A DNA stretch of 64,000 nucleotides, taken from NCBI GenBank assembly GCA_964057225.1, contig OZ059899.1:21142001-21206000 (forward strand), read 5' to 3'. Positions 1 through 11,580 of this stretch are shown piece after piece. Below the pieces are notes generated by a model that was not told where the DNA came from, searched no databases, and saw nothing but the letters and a program-made list of their open reading frames with translations. The stretch's first letter is position 1. Every line of letters begins with the position of its first letter. The position numbers were made by a program, and so were the translations under genes. The stretch comes from Auanema rhodensis. Taxonomy: Eukaryota > Animalia > Nematoda.

Positions 1-450
1 ACATGGAAACTCAACGTACACTAATGCATCATTTTTCAAACGATCATAACTAATTTTTGTATCAAGCGTTTCTCAATAAGTATAGTGCATTCGATGCGGA
101 TTTTTAAGCTGCGTCGATCTGTGTTATCAGATTTGCGCTAGCTTAAAAATGCACCGAGATATCAACTGATATAAGTTCACACTTATATCCTCGATTTTCA
201 CCCTGAAGAATTAATTTTTTCGTTGAATAACATTGTCCATCGTCTTTGCCTTGAAAAAAGGAATCTTAAAACATCTACTTTTCGCTAAATTATTTTGAAA
301 TTTTTCGAAAAAATTTTTGTCAAAATGTTTTTGGAAGCAATGTTGAGTGTACATGGAAACTCAACGTACACTAATGCATCATTTTTCAAACGATCATAAC
401 TAATTTTTGTATTAAGCGTTTCTCAATGTAGTATAGTGCATTCGATGCGG

Positions 451-501
451 ATTTTTAAGCTGCGTCGATCTGTGTTATCAGATTTGCGCTAGCTTAAAAA
501 T
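451..501. other. Monomer dyad A: about 51-nt imperfect inverted repeat (monomer positions 101-151), present in full-length monomers
   Basis: ATTTTTAAGCT (451-461) is the exact reverse complement of AGCTTAAAAAT (491-501). Inner pairs GCG/CGC and ATCTG/CAGAT close a TGTTAT loop. Confidence 0.9.
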
Positions 502-518
502 GCACCGAGATATCAACT

Positions 519-540
519 GATATAAGTTCACACTTATATC
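519..540. other. Monomer dyad B: perfect 9-bp inverted repeat with 4-nt loop (monomer positions 169-190)
   Basis: GATATAAGT-TCAC-ACTTATATC. Outer CGAG (506-509) and CTCG (541-544) could extend the stem around a bulge. Confidence 0.9.
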
Positions 541-690
541 CTCGATTTTCACCCTGAAGAATTAATTTTTTCGTTGAATAACATTGTCCATCGTCTTTGC
601 CTTGAAAAAAGGAATCTAAAAACATCTACTTTTTGCTAAATTATTTTGAAATTTTTTGAAAAAATTTTTGTCAAAATGTTTTTGGAAGCA

Positions 691-718
691 ATGTTGAGTG
701 TACATGGAAACTCAACAT
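691..718. other. Monomer dyad C: 9-bp inverted repeat with 10-nt loop
   Basis: ATGTTGAGT-GTACATGGAA-ACTCAACAT. It is perfect in the CAACAT allele and has one G.T pair in the CAACGT allele. Confidence 0.85.
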
Positions 719-1052
719 ACACTAATGCATCATTTTTCAAACGATCATAACTAATTTTTGTATTACGCGTTTCTCAATGTAGTATAGTGCATTCGATGCG
801 GATTTTTAAGCTGCGTCGATCTGTGTTATCAGATTTGCGCTAGCTTAAAAATGCACCGAGATATCAACTAATATATGTTCACACTTATATCCTCGATTTT
901 CACCCTGAAGAATTAATTTTTTCATTGAATAACATTGTCCATCGTCTTTGCCTTGAAAAAAGGAATCTAAAAACATCTACTTTTTGCTAAATTATTTTGA
1001 AATTTTTCGAAAAAATTTTTGTCAAAATGTTTTTGGAAGCAATGTTGAGTGT

Positions 1053-4000
1053 ACATGGAAACTCAACGTACACTAATGCATCATTTTTCAAACGATCATA
1101 ACTAATTTTTGTATTAAGCGTTTCTCAATGTAGTATAGTGCATTCGATGCGGATTTTTAAGCTGCGTCGATCTGTGTTATCAGATTCGTGCTAGCTTAAA
1201 AATGCACCGAGATATCAACTGATATAAGTTCACACTTATATCCTCGATTTTCACCCTGAAGAATTAATTTTTTCGTTGAATAACATTGTCCATCGTCTTT
1301 GCCTTGAAAAAAAGAATCTAAAAACATCTACTTTTTGCTAAATTATTCTGAAATTTTTTGAAAATTTTTTGTCAAAATGTTTTTGGAAGCAATGTTGAGT
1401 GTACATGGAAACTCAACGTACACTAATGCATCATTTTTCAAACGATCATAACTAATTTTTGTATTAAGCGTTTCTCAATGTAGTATAGTGCATTCGATGC
1501 GGATTTTTAAGCTGCGTCGATCTGTGTTATCAGATTTGCGCTAGCTTAAAAATGCACCGAGATATCAACTGATATAAGTTCACACTTATATCCTTGATTT
1601 TCACCCTGAAGAATTAATTTTTTCGTTGAATAACATTGTCCATCGTCTTTGCCTTGAAAAAAGGAATCTAAAAACATCTACTTTTTGCTAAATTATTTTG
1701 AAATTTTTTGAAAAAATTTTTGTCAAAATGTTTTTGGAAGCAATGTTGAGTGTACATGGAAACTCAACATACACTAATGCATCATTTTTCAAACGATCAT
1801 AACTAATTTTTGTATTAAGCGTTTCTCAATGTAGTATAGTGCATTCGATGCGGATTTTTAAGCTGCGTCGATCTGTGTTATCAGATTTGCGCTAGCTTCA
1901 AAATGCACCGAGATATCAACTGATATAAGTTCACACTTATATCCTCGATTTTCACCCTGAAGAATTAATTTTTTCGTTGAATAACATTGTCCATCGTCTT
2001 TGCCTTGAAAAAAGGAATCTAAAAACATCTACTTTTTGCTAAATTATTTTGAAATTTTTTGAAAAAATTTTTGTCAAAATGTTTTTGGAAGCAATGTTGA
2101 GTGTACATGGAAACTCAACATACACTAATGCATCATTTTTCAAACGATCATAACTAATTTTTGTATTACGCGTTTCTCAATGTAGTATAGTGCATTCGAT
2201 GCGGATTTTTAAGCTGCGTCGATCTGTGTTATCAGATTTGCGCTAGCTTAAAAATGCACCGAGATATCAACTAATATATGTTCACACTTATATCCTCGAT
2301 TTTCACCCTGAAGAATTAATTTTTTCATTGAATAACATTGTCCATCGTCTCTGCCTTGAAAAAAGGAATCTAAAAACATCTACTTTTTGCTAAATTATTT
2401 TGAAATTTTTCGAAAAAATTTTTGTCAAAATGTTTTTGGAAGCAATGTTGAGTGTACATGGAAACTCAACGTACACTAATGCATCATTTTTCAAACGATC
2501 ATAACTAATTTTTCTATTAAGCGTTTCTCAATGTAGTATAGTGCATTCGATGCGGATTTTTAAGCTGCGTCGAGCTGTGTTATCAGATTTGTGCTAGCTT
2601 AAAAATGCACCGAGATATCAACTGATATAAGTTCACACTTATATCCTCGATTTTCACCCTGAAGAATTAATTTTTTCGTTGAATAACATTGTTCATCGTC
2701 TTTGCCTTGAAAAAAGGAATCTAAAAACATCTACTTTTCGCTAAATTATTTTGAAATTTTTTGAAAAAATTTTTGTCAAAATGTTTTTGGAAGCAATGTT
2801 GAGTGTACATGGAAACTCAACATACACTAATGCATCATTTTTCAAACGATCATAACTAATTTTTGTATTAAGCGTTTCTCAATGTAGTATAGTGCATTCG
2901 ATGCGGATTTTTAAGCTGCGTCGATCTGTGTTATCAGATTTGCGCTAGCTTAAAAATGCACCGAGATATCAACTAATATAAGTTCACACTTATATCCTCG
3001 ATTTTCACCCTGAAGAATTAATTTTTTCGTTGAATAACAAAGTCCATCGTCTTTGCCTTGAAAAAAGAAATCTAAAAACATCTACTTTTCGCTAAATTAT
3101 TTTGAAATTTTTCGAAAAAATTTTTGTCAAAATGTTTTTGGAAGCAATGTTGAGTGTACATGGAAACTCAACGTACACTAATGCATCATTTTTCAAACGA
3201 TCATAACTAATTTTTGTATTAAGCGTTTCTCAATGTAGTATAGTGCATTCGATGCGGATTTTTAAGCTGCGTCGATCTGTGTTATCAGATTCGTGCTAGC
3301 TTAAAAATGCACCGAGATATCAACTGATATAAGTTCACACTTATATCCTCGATTTTCACCCTGAAGAATTAATTTTTTCGTTGAATAACATTGTCCATCG
3401 TCTTTGCCTTGAAAAAAAGAATCTAAAAACATCTACTTTTTGCTAAATTATTCTGAAATTTTTTGAAAATTTTTTGTCAAAATGTTTTTGGAAGCAATGT
3501 TGAGTGTACATGGAAACTCAACGTACACTAATGCATCATTTTTCAAACGATCATAACTAATTTTTGTATTAAGCGTTTCTCAATGTAGTATAGTGCATTC
3601 GATGCGGATTTTTAAGCTGCGTCGATCTGTGTTATCAGATTTGCGCTAGCTTAAAAATGCACCGAGATATCAACTGATATAAGTTCACACTTATATCCTT
3701 GATTTTCACCCTGAAGAATTAATTTTTTCGTTGAATAACATTGTCCATCGTCTTTGCCTTGAAAAAAGGAATCTAAAAACATCTACTTTTTGCTAAATTA
3801 TTTTGAAATTTTTTGAAAAAATTTTTGTCAAAATGTTTTTGGAAGCAATGTTGAGTGTACATGGAAACTCAACATACACTAATGCATCATTTTTCAAACG
3901 ATCATAACTAATTTTTGTATTAAGCGTTTCTCAATGTAGTATAGTGCATTCGATGCGGATTTTTAAGCTGCGTCGATCTGTGTTATCAGATTTGCGCTAG

Positions 4001-5262
4001 CTTAAAAATGCACCGAGATATCAACTGATATAAGTTCACACTTATATCCTCGATTTTCACCCTGAAGAATTAATTTTTTCGTTGAATAACATTGTCCATC
4101 GTCTTTGCCTTGAAAAAAGGAATCTAAAAACATCTACTTTTTGCTAAATTATTTTGAAATTTTTTGAAAAAATTTTTGTCAAAATGTTTTTGGAAGCAAT
4201 GTTGAGTGTACATGGAAACTCAACATACACTAATGCATCATTTTTCAAACGATCATAACTAATTTTTGTATTACGCGTTTCTCAATGTAGTATAGTGCAT
4301 TCGATGCGGATTTTTAAGCTGCGTCGATCTGTGTTATCAGATTTGCGCTAGCTTAAAAATGCACCGAGATATCAACTAATATATGTTCACACTTATATCC
4401 TCGATTTTCACCCTGAAGAATTAATTTTTTCATTGAATAACATTGTCCATCGTCTCTGCCTTGAAAAAAGGAATCTAAAAACATCTACTTTTTGCTAAAT
4501 TATTTTGAAATTTTTCGAAAAAATTTTTGTCAAAATGTTTTTGGAAGCAATGTTGAGTGTACATGGAAACTCAACGTACACTAATGCATCATTTTTCAAA
4601 CGATCATAACTAATTTTTCTATTAAGCGTTTCTCAATGTAGTATAGTGCATTCGATGCGGATTTTTAAGCTGCGTCGAGCTGTGTTATCAGATTTGTGCT
4701 AGCTTAAAAATGCACCGAGATATCAACTGATATAAGTTCACACTTATATCCTCGATTTTCACCCTGAAGAATTAATTTTTTCGTTGAATAACATTGTCCA
4801 TCGTCTTTGCCTTGAAAAAAGGAATCTAAAAACATCTACTTTTCGCTAAATTATTTTGAAATTTTTTGAAAAAATTTTTGTCAAAATGTTTTTGGAAGCA
4901 ATGTTGAGTGTACATGGAAACTCAACATACACTAATGCATCATTTTTCAAACGATCATAACTAATTTTTGTATTAAGCGTTTCTCAATGTAGTATAGTGC
5001 ATTCGATGCGGATTTTTAAGCTGCGTCGATCTGTGTTATCAGATTTGCGCTAGCTTAAAAATGCACCGAGATATCAACTAATATAAGTTCACACTTATAT
5101 CCTCGATTTTCACCCTGAAGAATTAATTTTTTCGTTGAATAACAAAGTCCATCGTCTTTGCCTTGAAAAAAGAAATCTAAAAACATCTACTTTTCGCTAA
5201 ATTATTTTGAAATTTTTCGAAAAAATTTTTGTCAAAATGTTTTTGGAAGCAATGTTGAGTGT
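1053..5262 (+). repeat. Higher-order repeat, 6-mer, 2105 bp, two copies
   Basis: Private variants recur 2105 bp apart: gattcgtg (about 1186/3291), tccttga (1591/3696), ctctgcc (about 2350/4455), cgagctg (2571/4676). The unit includes one 350-bp monomer. Confidence 0.9.
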
Positions 5263-8200
5263 ACATGGAAACTCAACGTACACTAATGCATCATTTTTCA
5301 AACGATCATAACTAATTTTTGTATTAAGCGTTTCTCAATGTAGTATAGTGCATTCGATGCGGATTTTTAAGCTGCGTCGATCTGTGTTATCAGATTTGCG
5401 CTAGCTTAAAAATGCACCGAGATATCAACTGATATAAGTTCACACTTATATCCTCGATTTTCACCCTGAAGAATTAATTTTTTCGTTGAATAACATTGTC
5501 CATCGTCTTTGCCTTGAAAAAAGGAATCTAAAAACATCTACTTTTTGCTAAATTATTTTGAAATTTTTTGAAAAAATTTTTGTCAAAATGTTTTTGGAAG
5601 CAATGTTGAGTGTACATGGAAACTCAACATACACTAATGCATCATTTTTCAAACGATCATAACTAATTTTTGTATTAAGCGTTTCTCAATGTAGTATAGT
5701 GCATTCGATGCGGATTTTTAAGCTGCGTCGATCTGTGTTATCAGATTTGCGCTAGCTTAAAAATGCACCGAGATATCAACTGATATAAGTTCACACTTAT
5801 ATCCTCGATTTTCACCCTGAAGAATTAATTTTTTCGTTGAATAACATTGTCCATCGTCTTTGCCTTGAAAAAAGGAATCTAAAAACATCTACTTTTTGCT
5901 AAATTATTTTGAAATTTTTTGAAAAAATTTTTGTCAAAATGTTTTTGGAAGCAATGTTGAGTGTACATGGAAACTCAACATACACTAATGCATCATTTTT
6001 CAAACGATCATAACTAATTTTTGTATTACGCGTTTCTCAATGTAGTATAGTGCATTCGATGCGGATTTTTAAGCTGCGTCGATCTGTGTTATCAGATTTG
6101 CGCTAGCTTAAAAATGCACCGAGATATCAACTAATATATGTTCACACTTATATCCTCGATTTTCACCCTGAAGAATTAATTTTTTCATTGAATAACATTG
6201 TCCATCGTCTCTGCCTTGAAAAAAGAAATCTAAAAACATCTACTTTTTGCTAAATTATTTTGAAATTTTTCGAAAAAATTTTTGTCAAAATGTTTTTGGA
6301 AGCAATGTTGAGTGTACATGGAAACTCAACGTACACTAATGCATCATTTTTCAAACGATCATAACTAATTTTTGTATTAAGCGTTTCTCAATGTAGAATA
6401 GTGCATTCGATGCGGATTTTTAAGCTGCGTCGATCTGTGTTATCAGATTTGCGCTAGCTTAAAAATGCACCGAGATATCAACTAATATAAGTTCACACTT
6501 ATATCCTCGATTTTCACCCTGAAGAATTAATTTTTTCGTTGAATAACAAAGTCCATCGTCTTTGCCTTGAAAAAAGAAATCTAAAAACATCTACTTTTCG
6601 CTAAATTATTTTGAAATTTTTCGAAAAAATTTTTGTCAAAATGTTTTTGGAAGCAATGTTGAGTGTACATGGAAACTCAACGTACACTAATGCATCATTT
6701 TTCAAACGATCATAACTAATTTTTGTATTAAGCGTTTCTCAATGTAGTATAGTGCATTCGATGCGGATTTTTAAGCTGCGTCGATCTGTGTTATCAGATT
6801 TGCGCTAGCTTAAAAATGCACCGAGATATCAACTAATATAAGTTCACACTTATATCCTCGATTTTCACCCTGAAGAATTAATTTTTTCGTTGAATAACAT
6901 TGTCCATCGTCTTTGCCTTGAAAAAAGGAATCTAAAAACATCTACTTTTTGCTAAATTATTTTGAAATTTTTTGAAAAAATTTTTGTCAAAATGTTTTTG
7001 GAAGCAATGTTGAGTGTACATGGAAACTCAACATACACTAATGCATCATTTTTCAAACGATCATAACTAATTTTTGTATCAAGCGTTTCTCAATGTAGTA
7101 TAGTGCATTCGATGCGGATTTTTAAGCTGCGTCGATCTGTGTTATCAGATTTGCGCTAGCTTAAAAATGCACCGAGATATCAACTAATATAAGTTCACAC
7201 TTATATCCTCGATTTTCACCCTGAAGAATTAATTTTTTCGTTGAATAACAAAGTCCATCGTCTTTGCCTTGAAAAAAGGAATCTAAAAACATCTACTTTT
7301 TGCTAAATTATTTTGAAATTTTTCGAAAAAATTTTTGTCAAAATGTTTTTGGAAGCAATGTTGAGTGTACATGGAAACTCAACGTACACTAATGCATCAT
7401 TTTTCAAACGATCATAACTAATTTTTGTATTAAGCGTTTCTCAATGTAGTATAGTGCATTCGATGCGGATTTTTAAGCTGCGTCGAGCTGTGTTATCAGA
7501 TTTGTGCTAGCTTAAAAATGCACCGAGATATCAACTGATATAAGTTCACACTTATATCCTCGATTTTCACCCTGAAGAATTAATTTTTTCGTTGAATAAC
7601 ATTGTCCATCGTCTTTGCCTTGAAAAAAGGAATCTAAAAACATCTACTTTTCGCTAAATTATTTTGAAATTTTTCGAAAAAATTTTTGTCAAAATGTTTT
7701 TGGAAGCAATGTTGAGTGTACATGGAAACTCAACATACACTAATGCATCATTTTTCAAACGATCATAACTAATTTTTGTATTAAGCGTTTCTCAATGTAG
7801 TATAGTGCATTCGATGCGGATTTTTAAGCTGCGTCGATCTGTGTTATCAGATTTGCGCTAGCTTAAAAATGCACCGAGATATCAACTAATATAAATTCAC
7901 ACTTATATCCTCGATTTTCACCCTGAAGAATTAATTTTTTCGTTGAATAACAAAGTCCATCGTCTTTGCCTTGAAAAAAGAAATCTAAAAACATCTACTT
8001 TTCGCTAAATTATTTTGAAATTTTTCGAAAAAATTTTTGTCAAAATGTTTTTGGAAGCAATGTTGAGTGTACATGGAAACTCAACGTACACTAATGCATC
8101 ATTTTTCAAACGATCATAACTAATTTTTGTATTAAGCGTTTCTCAATGTAGTATAGTGCATTCGATGCGGATTTTTAAGCTGCGTCGATCTGTGTTATCA

Positions 8201-8421
8201 GATTTGCGCTAGCTTAAAAATGCACCGAGATATCAACTGATATAAGTTCACACTTATATCCTCGATTTTCACCCTGAAGAATTAATTTTTTCGTTGAATA
8301 ACATTGTCCATCGTCTTTGCCTTGAAAAAAGGAATCTAAAAACATCTACTTTTTGCTAAATTATTTTGAAATTTTTCGAAAAAATTTTTGTCAAAATGTT
8401 TTTGGAAGCAATGTTGAGTGT

Positions 8422-11400
8422 ACATGGAAACTCAACGTACACTAATGCATCATTTTTCAAACGATCATAACTAATTTTTGTATTAAGCGTTTTTCAATGT
8501 AGTATAGCGCATTCGATGCGGATTTTTAAGCTGCGTCGATCTGTGTTATCAGATTTGCGCTAGCTTAAAAATGCACCGAGATATCAACTGATATAAGTTC
8601 ACACTTATATCCTCGATTTTCACCCTGAAGAATTAATTTTTTCGTTGAATAACATTGTCCATCGTCTTTGCCTTGAAAAAAGGAATCTAAAAACATCTAC
8701 TTTTTGCTAAATTATTTTGAAATTTTTTGAAAAAATTTTTGTCAAAATGTTTTTGGAAGCAATGTTGAGTGTACATGGAAACTCAACATACACTAATGCA
8801 TCATTTTTCAAACGATCATAACTAATTTTTGTATTAAGCGTTTCTCAATGTAGTATAGTGCATTCGATGCGGATTTTTAAGCTGCGTCGATCTGTGTTAT
8901 CAGATTTGCGCTAGCTTAAAAATGCACCGAGATATCAACTGATATAAGTTCACACTTATATCCTCGATTTTCACCCTGAAGAATTAATTTTTTCGTTGAA
9001 TAACATTGTCCATCGTTTTTGCCTTGAAAAAAGAAATCTAAAAACATCTACTTTTTGCTAAATTATTTTGAAATTTTTTGAAAAAATTTTTGTCAAAATG
9101 TTTTTGGAAGCAATGTTGAGTGTACATGGAAACTCAACATACACTAATGCATCATTTTTCAAACGATCATAACTAATTTTTGTATTAAGCGTTTCTCAAA
9201 GTAGTATAGTGCATTCGATGCGGATTTTTAAGCTGCGTCGATCTGTGTTATCAGATTTGCGCTAGCTTAAAAATGCACCGAGATATCAACTGATATAAGT
9301 TCACACTTATATCCTCGATTTTCACCCTGAAGAATTAATTTTTTCGTTGAATAACATTGTCCATCGTCTTTGCCTTGAAAAAAGGAATCTAAAAACATCT
9401 ACTTTTTGCTAAATTATTTTGAAATTTTTCGAAAAAATTTTTGTCAAAATGTTTTTGGAAGCAATGTTGAGTGTACATGGAAACTCAACGTACACTAATG
9501 CATCATTTTTCAAACGATCATAACTAATTTTTGTATTAAGCGTTTTTCAATGTAGTATAGCGCATTCGATGCGGATTTTTAAGCTGCGTCGATCTGTGTT
9601 ATCAGATTTGCGCTAGCTTAAAAATGCACCGAGATATCAACTGATATAAGTTCACACTTATATCCTCGATTTTCACCCTGAAGAATTAATTTTTTCGTTG
9701 AATAACATTGTCCATCGTCTTTGCCTTGAAAAAAGGAATCTAAAAACATCTACTTTTTGCTAAATTATTTTGAAATTTTTTGAAAAAATTTTTGTCAAAA
9801 TGTTTTTGGAAGCAATGTTGAGTGTACATGGAAACTCAACATACACTAATGCATCATTTTTCAAACGATCATAACTAATTTTTGTATTAAGCGTTTCTCA
9901 ATGTAGTATAGTGCATTCGATGCGGATTTTTAAGCTGCGTCGATCTGTGTTATCAGATTTGCGCTAGCTTAAAAATGCACCGAGATATCAACTGATATAA
10001 GTTCACACTTATATCCTCGATTTTCACCCTGAAGAATTAATTTTTTCGTTGAATAACATTGTCCATCGTTTTTGCCTTGAAAAAAGAAATCTAAAAACAT
10101 CTACTTTTTGCTAAATTATTTTGAAATTTTTTGAAAAAATTTTTGTCAAAATGTTTTTGGAAGCAATGTTGAGTGTACATGGAAACTCAACATACACTAA
10201 TGCATCATTTTTCAAACGATCATAACTAATTTTTGTATTAAGCGTTTCTCAAAGTAGTATAGTGCATTCGATGCGGATTTTTAAGCTGCGTCGATCTGTG
10301 TTATCAGATTTGCGCTAGCTTAAAAATGCACCGAGATATCAACTGATATAAGTTCACACTTATATCCTCGATTTTCACCCTGAAGAATTAATTTTTTCGT
10401 TGAATAACATTGTCCATCGTCTTTGCCTTGAAAAAAGGAATCTAAAAACATCTACTTTTTGCTAAATTATTTTGAAATTTTTCGAAAAAATTTTTGTCAA
10501 AATGTTTTTGGAAGCAATGTTGAGTGTACATGGAAACTCAACGTACACTAATGCATCATTTTTCAAACGATCATAACTAATTTTTGTATTAAGCGTTTTT
10601 CAATGTAGTATAGCGCATTCGATGCGGATTTTTAAGCTGTGTCGATCTGTGTTATCAGATTTGCGCTAGCTTAAAAATGCACCGAGATATCAACTGATAT
10701 AAGTTCACACTTATATCCTCGATTTTCACCCTGAAGAATTAATTTTTTCGTTGAATAACATTGTCCATCGTCTTTGCCTTGAAAAAAGGAATCTAAAAAC
10801 ATCTACTTTTTGCTAAATTATTTTGAAATTTTTTGAAAAAATTTTTGTCAAAATGTTTTTGGAAGCAATGTTGAGTGTACATGGAAACTCAACATACACT
10901 AATGCATCATTTTTCAAACGATCATAACTAATTTTTGTATTAAGCGTTTCTCAATGTAGTATAGTGCATTCGATGCGGATTTTTAAGCTGCGTCGATCTG
11001 TGTTATCAGATTTGCGCTAGCTTAAAAATGCACCGAGATATCAACTGATATAAGTTCACACTTATATCCTCGATTTTCACCCTGAAGAATTAATTTTTTC
11101 GTTGAATAACATTGTCCATCGTTTTTGCCTTGAAAAAAGAAATCTAAAAACATCTACTTTTTGCTAAATTATTTTGAAATTTTTTGAAAAAATTTTTGTC
11201 AAAATGTTTTTGGAAGCAATGTTGAGTGTACATGGAAACTCAACATACACTAATGCATCATTTTTCAAACGATCATAACTAATTTTTGTATTAAGCGTTT
11301 CTCAAAGTAGTATAGTGCATTCGATGCGGATTTTTAAGCTGCGTCGATCTGTGTTATCAGATTTGCGCTAGCTTAAAAATGCACCGAGATATCAACTGAT

Positions 11401-11580
11401 ATAAGTTCACACTTATATCCTCGATTTTCACCCTGAAGAATTAATTTTTTCGTTGAATAACATTGTCCATCGTTTTTGCCTTGAAAAAAGGAATCTAAAA
11501 ACATCTACTTTTTGCTAAATTATTTTGAAATTTTTCGAAAAAATTTTTGTCAAAATGTTTTTGGAAGCAATGTTGAGTGT
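8422..11580 (+). repeat. Higher-order repeat, 3-mer, 1053 bp, three copies
   Basis: Variant tatagCgc at 8508, 9561 and 10614. The variants catcgTttt, aaagAaa and ctcaaAg follow in the same order in each copy. Confidence 0.9.

Larger units (their letters stand above)
351..701 (+). repeat. Representative full-length 351-bp consensus-type monomer
   Basis: Runs from acatggaaac at 351 to aatgttgagtgt at 701. It has 110 G+C in 351 bases and many A/T tracts, densest at monomer positions about 255-333. Confidence 0.97.

Noticed and set aside
436-450. ATTCGATGC resembling a Pol III B-box (tRNA, SINE or 5S tandem unit)
   Set aside because: It mismatches GTTCGANNC. I found no A-box, cloverleaf, or recognisable 5S, snRNA or spliced-leader sequence on either strand.
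468-492. Short hairpin followed by CTAG, like a Helitron 3' end
   Set aside because: The stem is only 5 bp and AT-rich, CTAG is followed by C rather than T, and it sits inside the larger dyad A. Too weak to call a mobile element.
554-610. CTGAAGA followed by GAAA, resembling a hammerhead ribozyme core as known from some animal satellites and retrozymes
   Set aside because: I could not build stem II between CTGAAGA and a GAAA, or find a complement for the flanking TTCACC (stem I). The reverse strand offers only CTGATAA. An Infernal or RNAMotif hammerhead search on a monomer dimer would settle it.
351-701. Monomer as an ancient dimer of about 175 bp (AACTAATTTTT at position 48 versus AATTAATTTTT at position 210)
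   Set aside because: The similarity is one short low-complexity motif and does not extend on visual alignment.
351-701. Assignment to a named satellite of similar size (Drosophila 1.688 359-bp family, beetle 340-360-bp satellites)
   Set aside because: Only length and AT content are similar. It does not match the 1.688 consensus as I recall it, and I cannot verify others without a database search.
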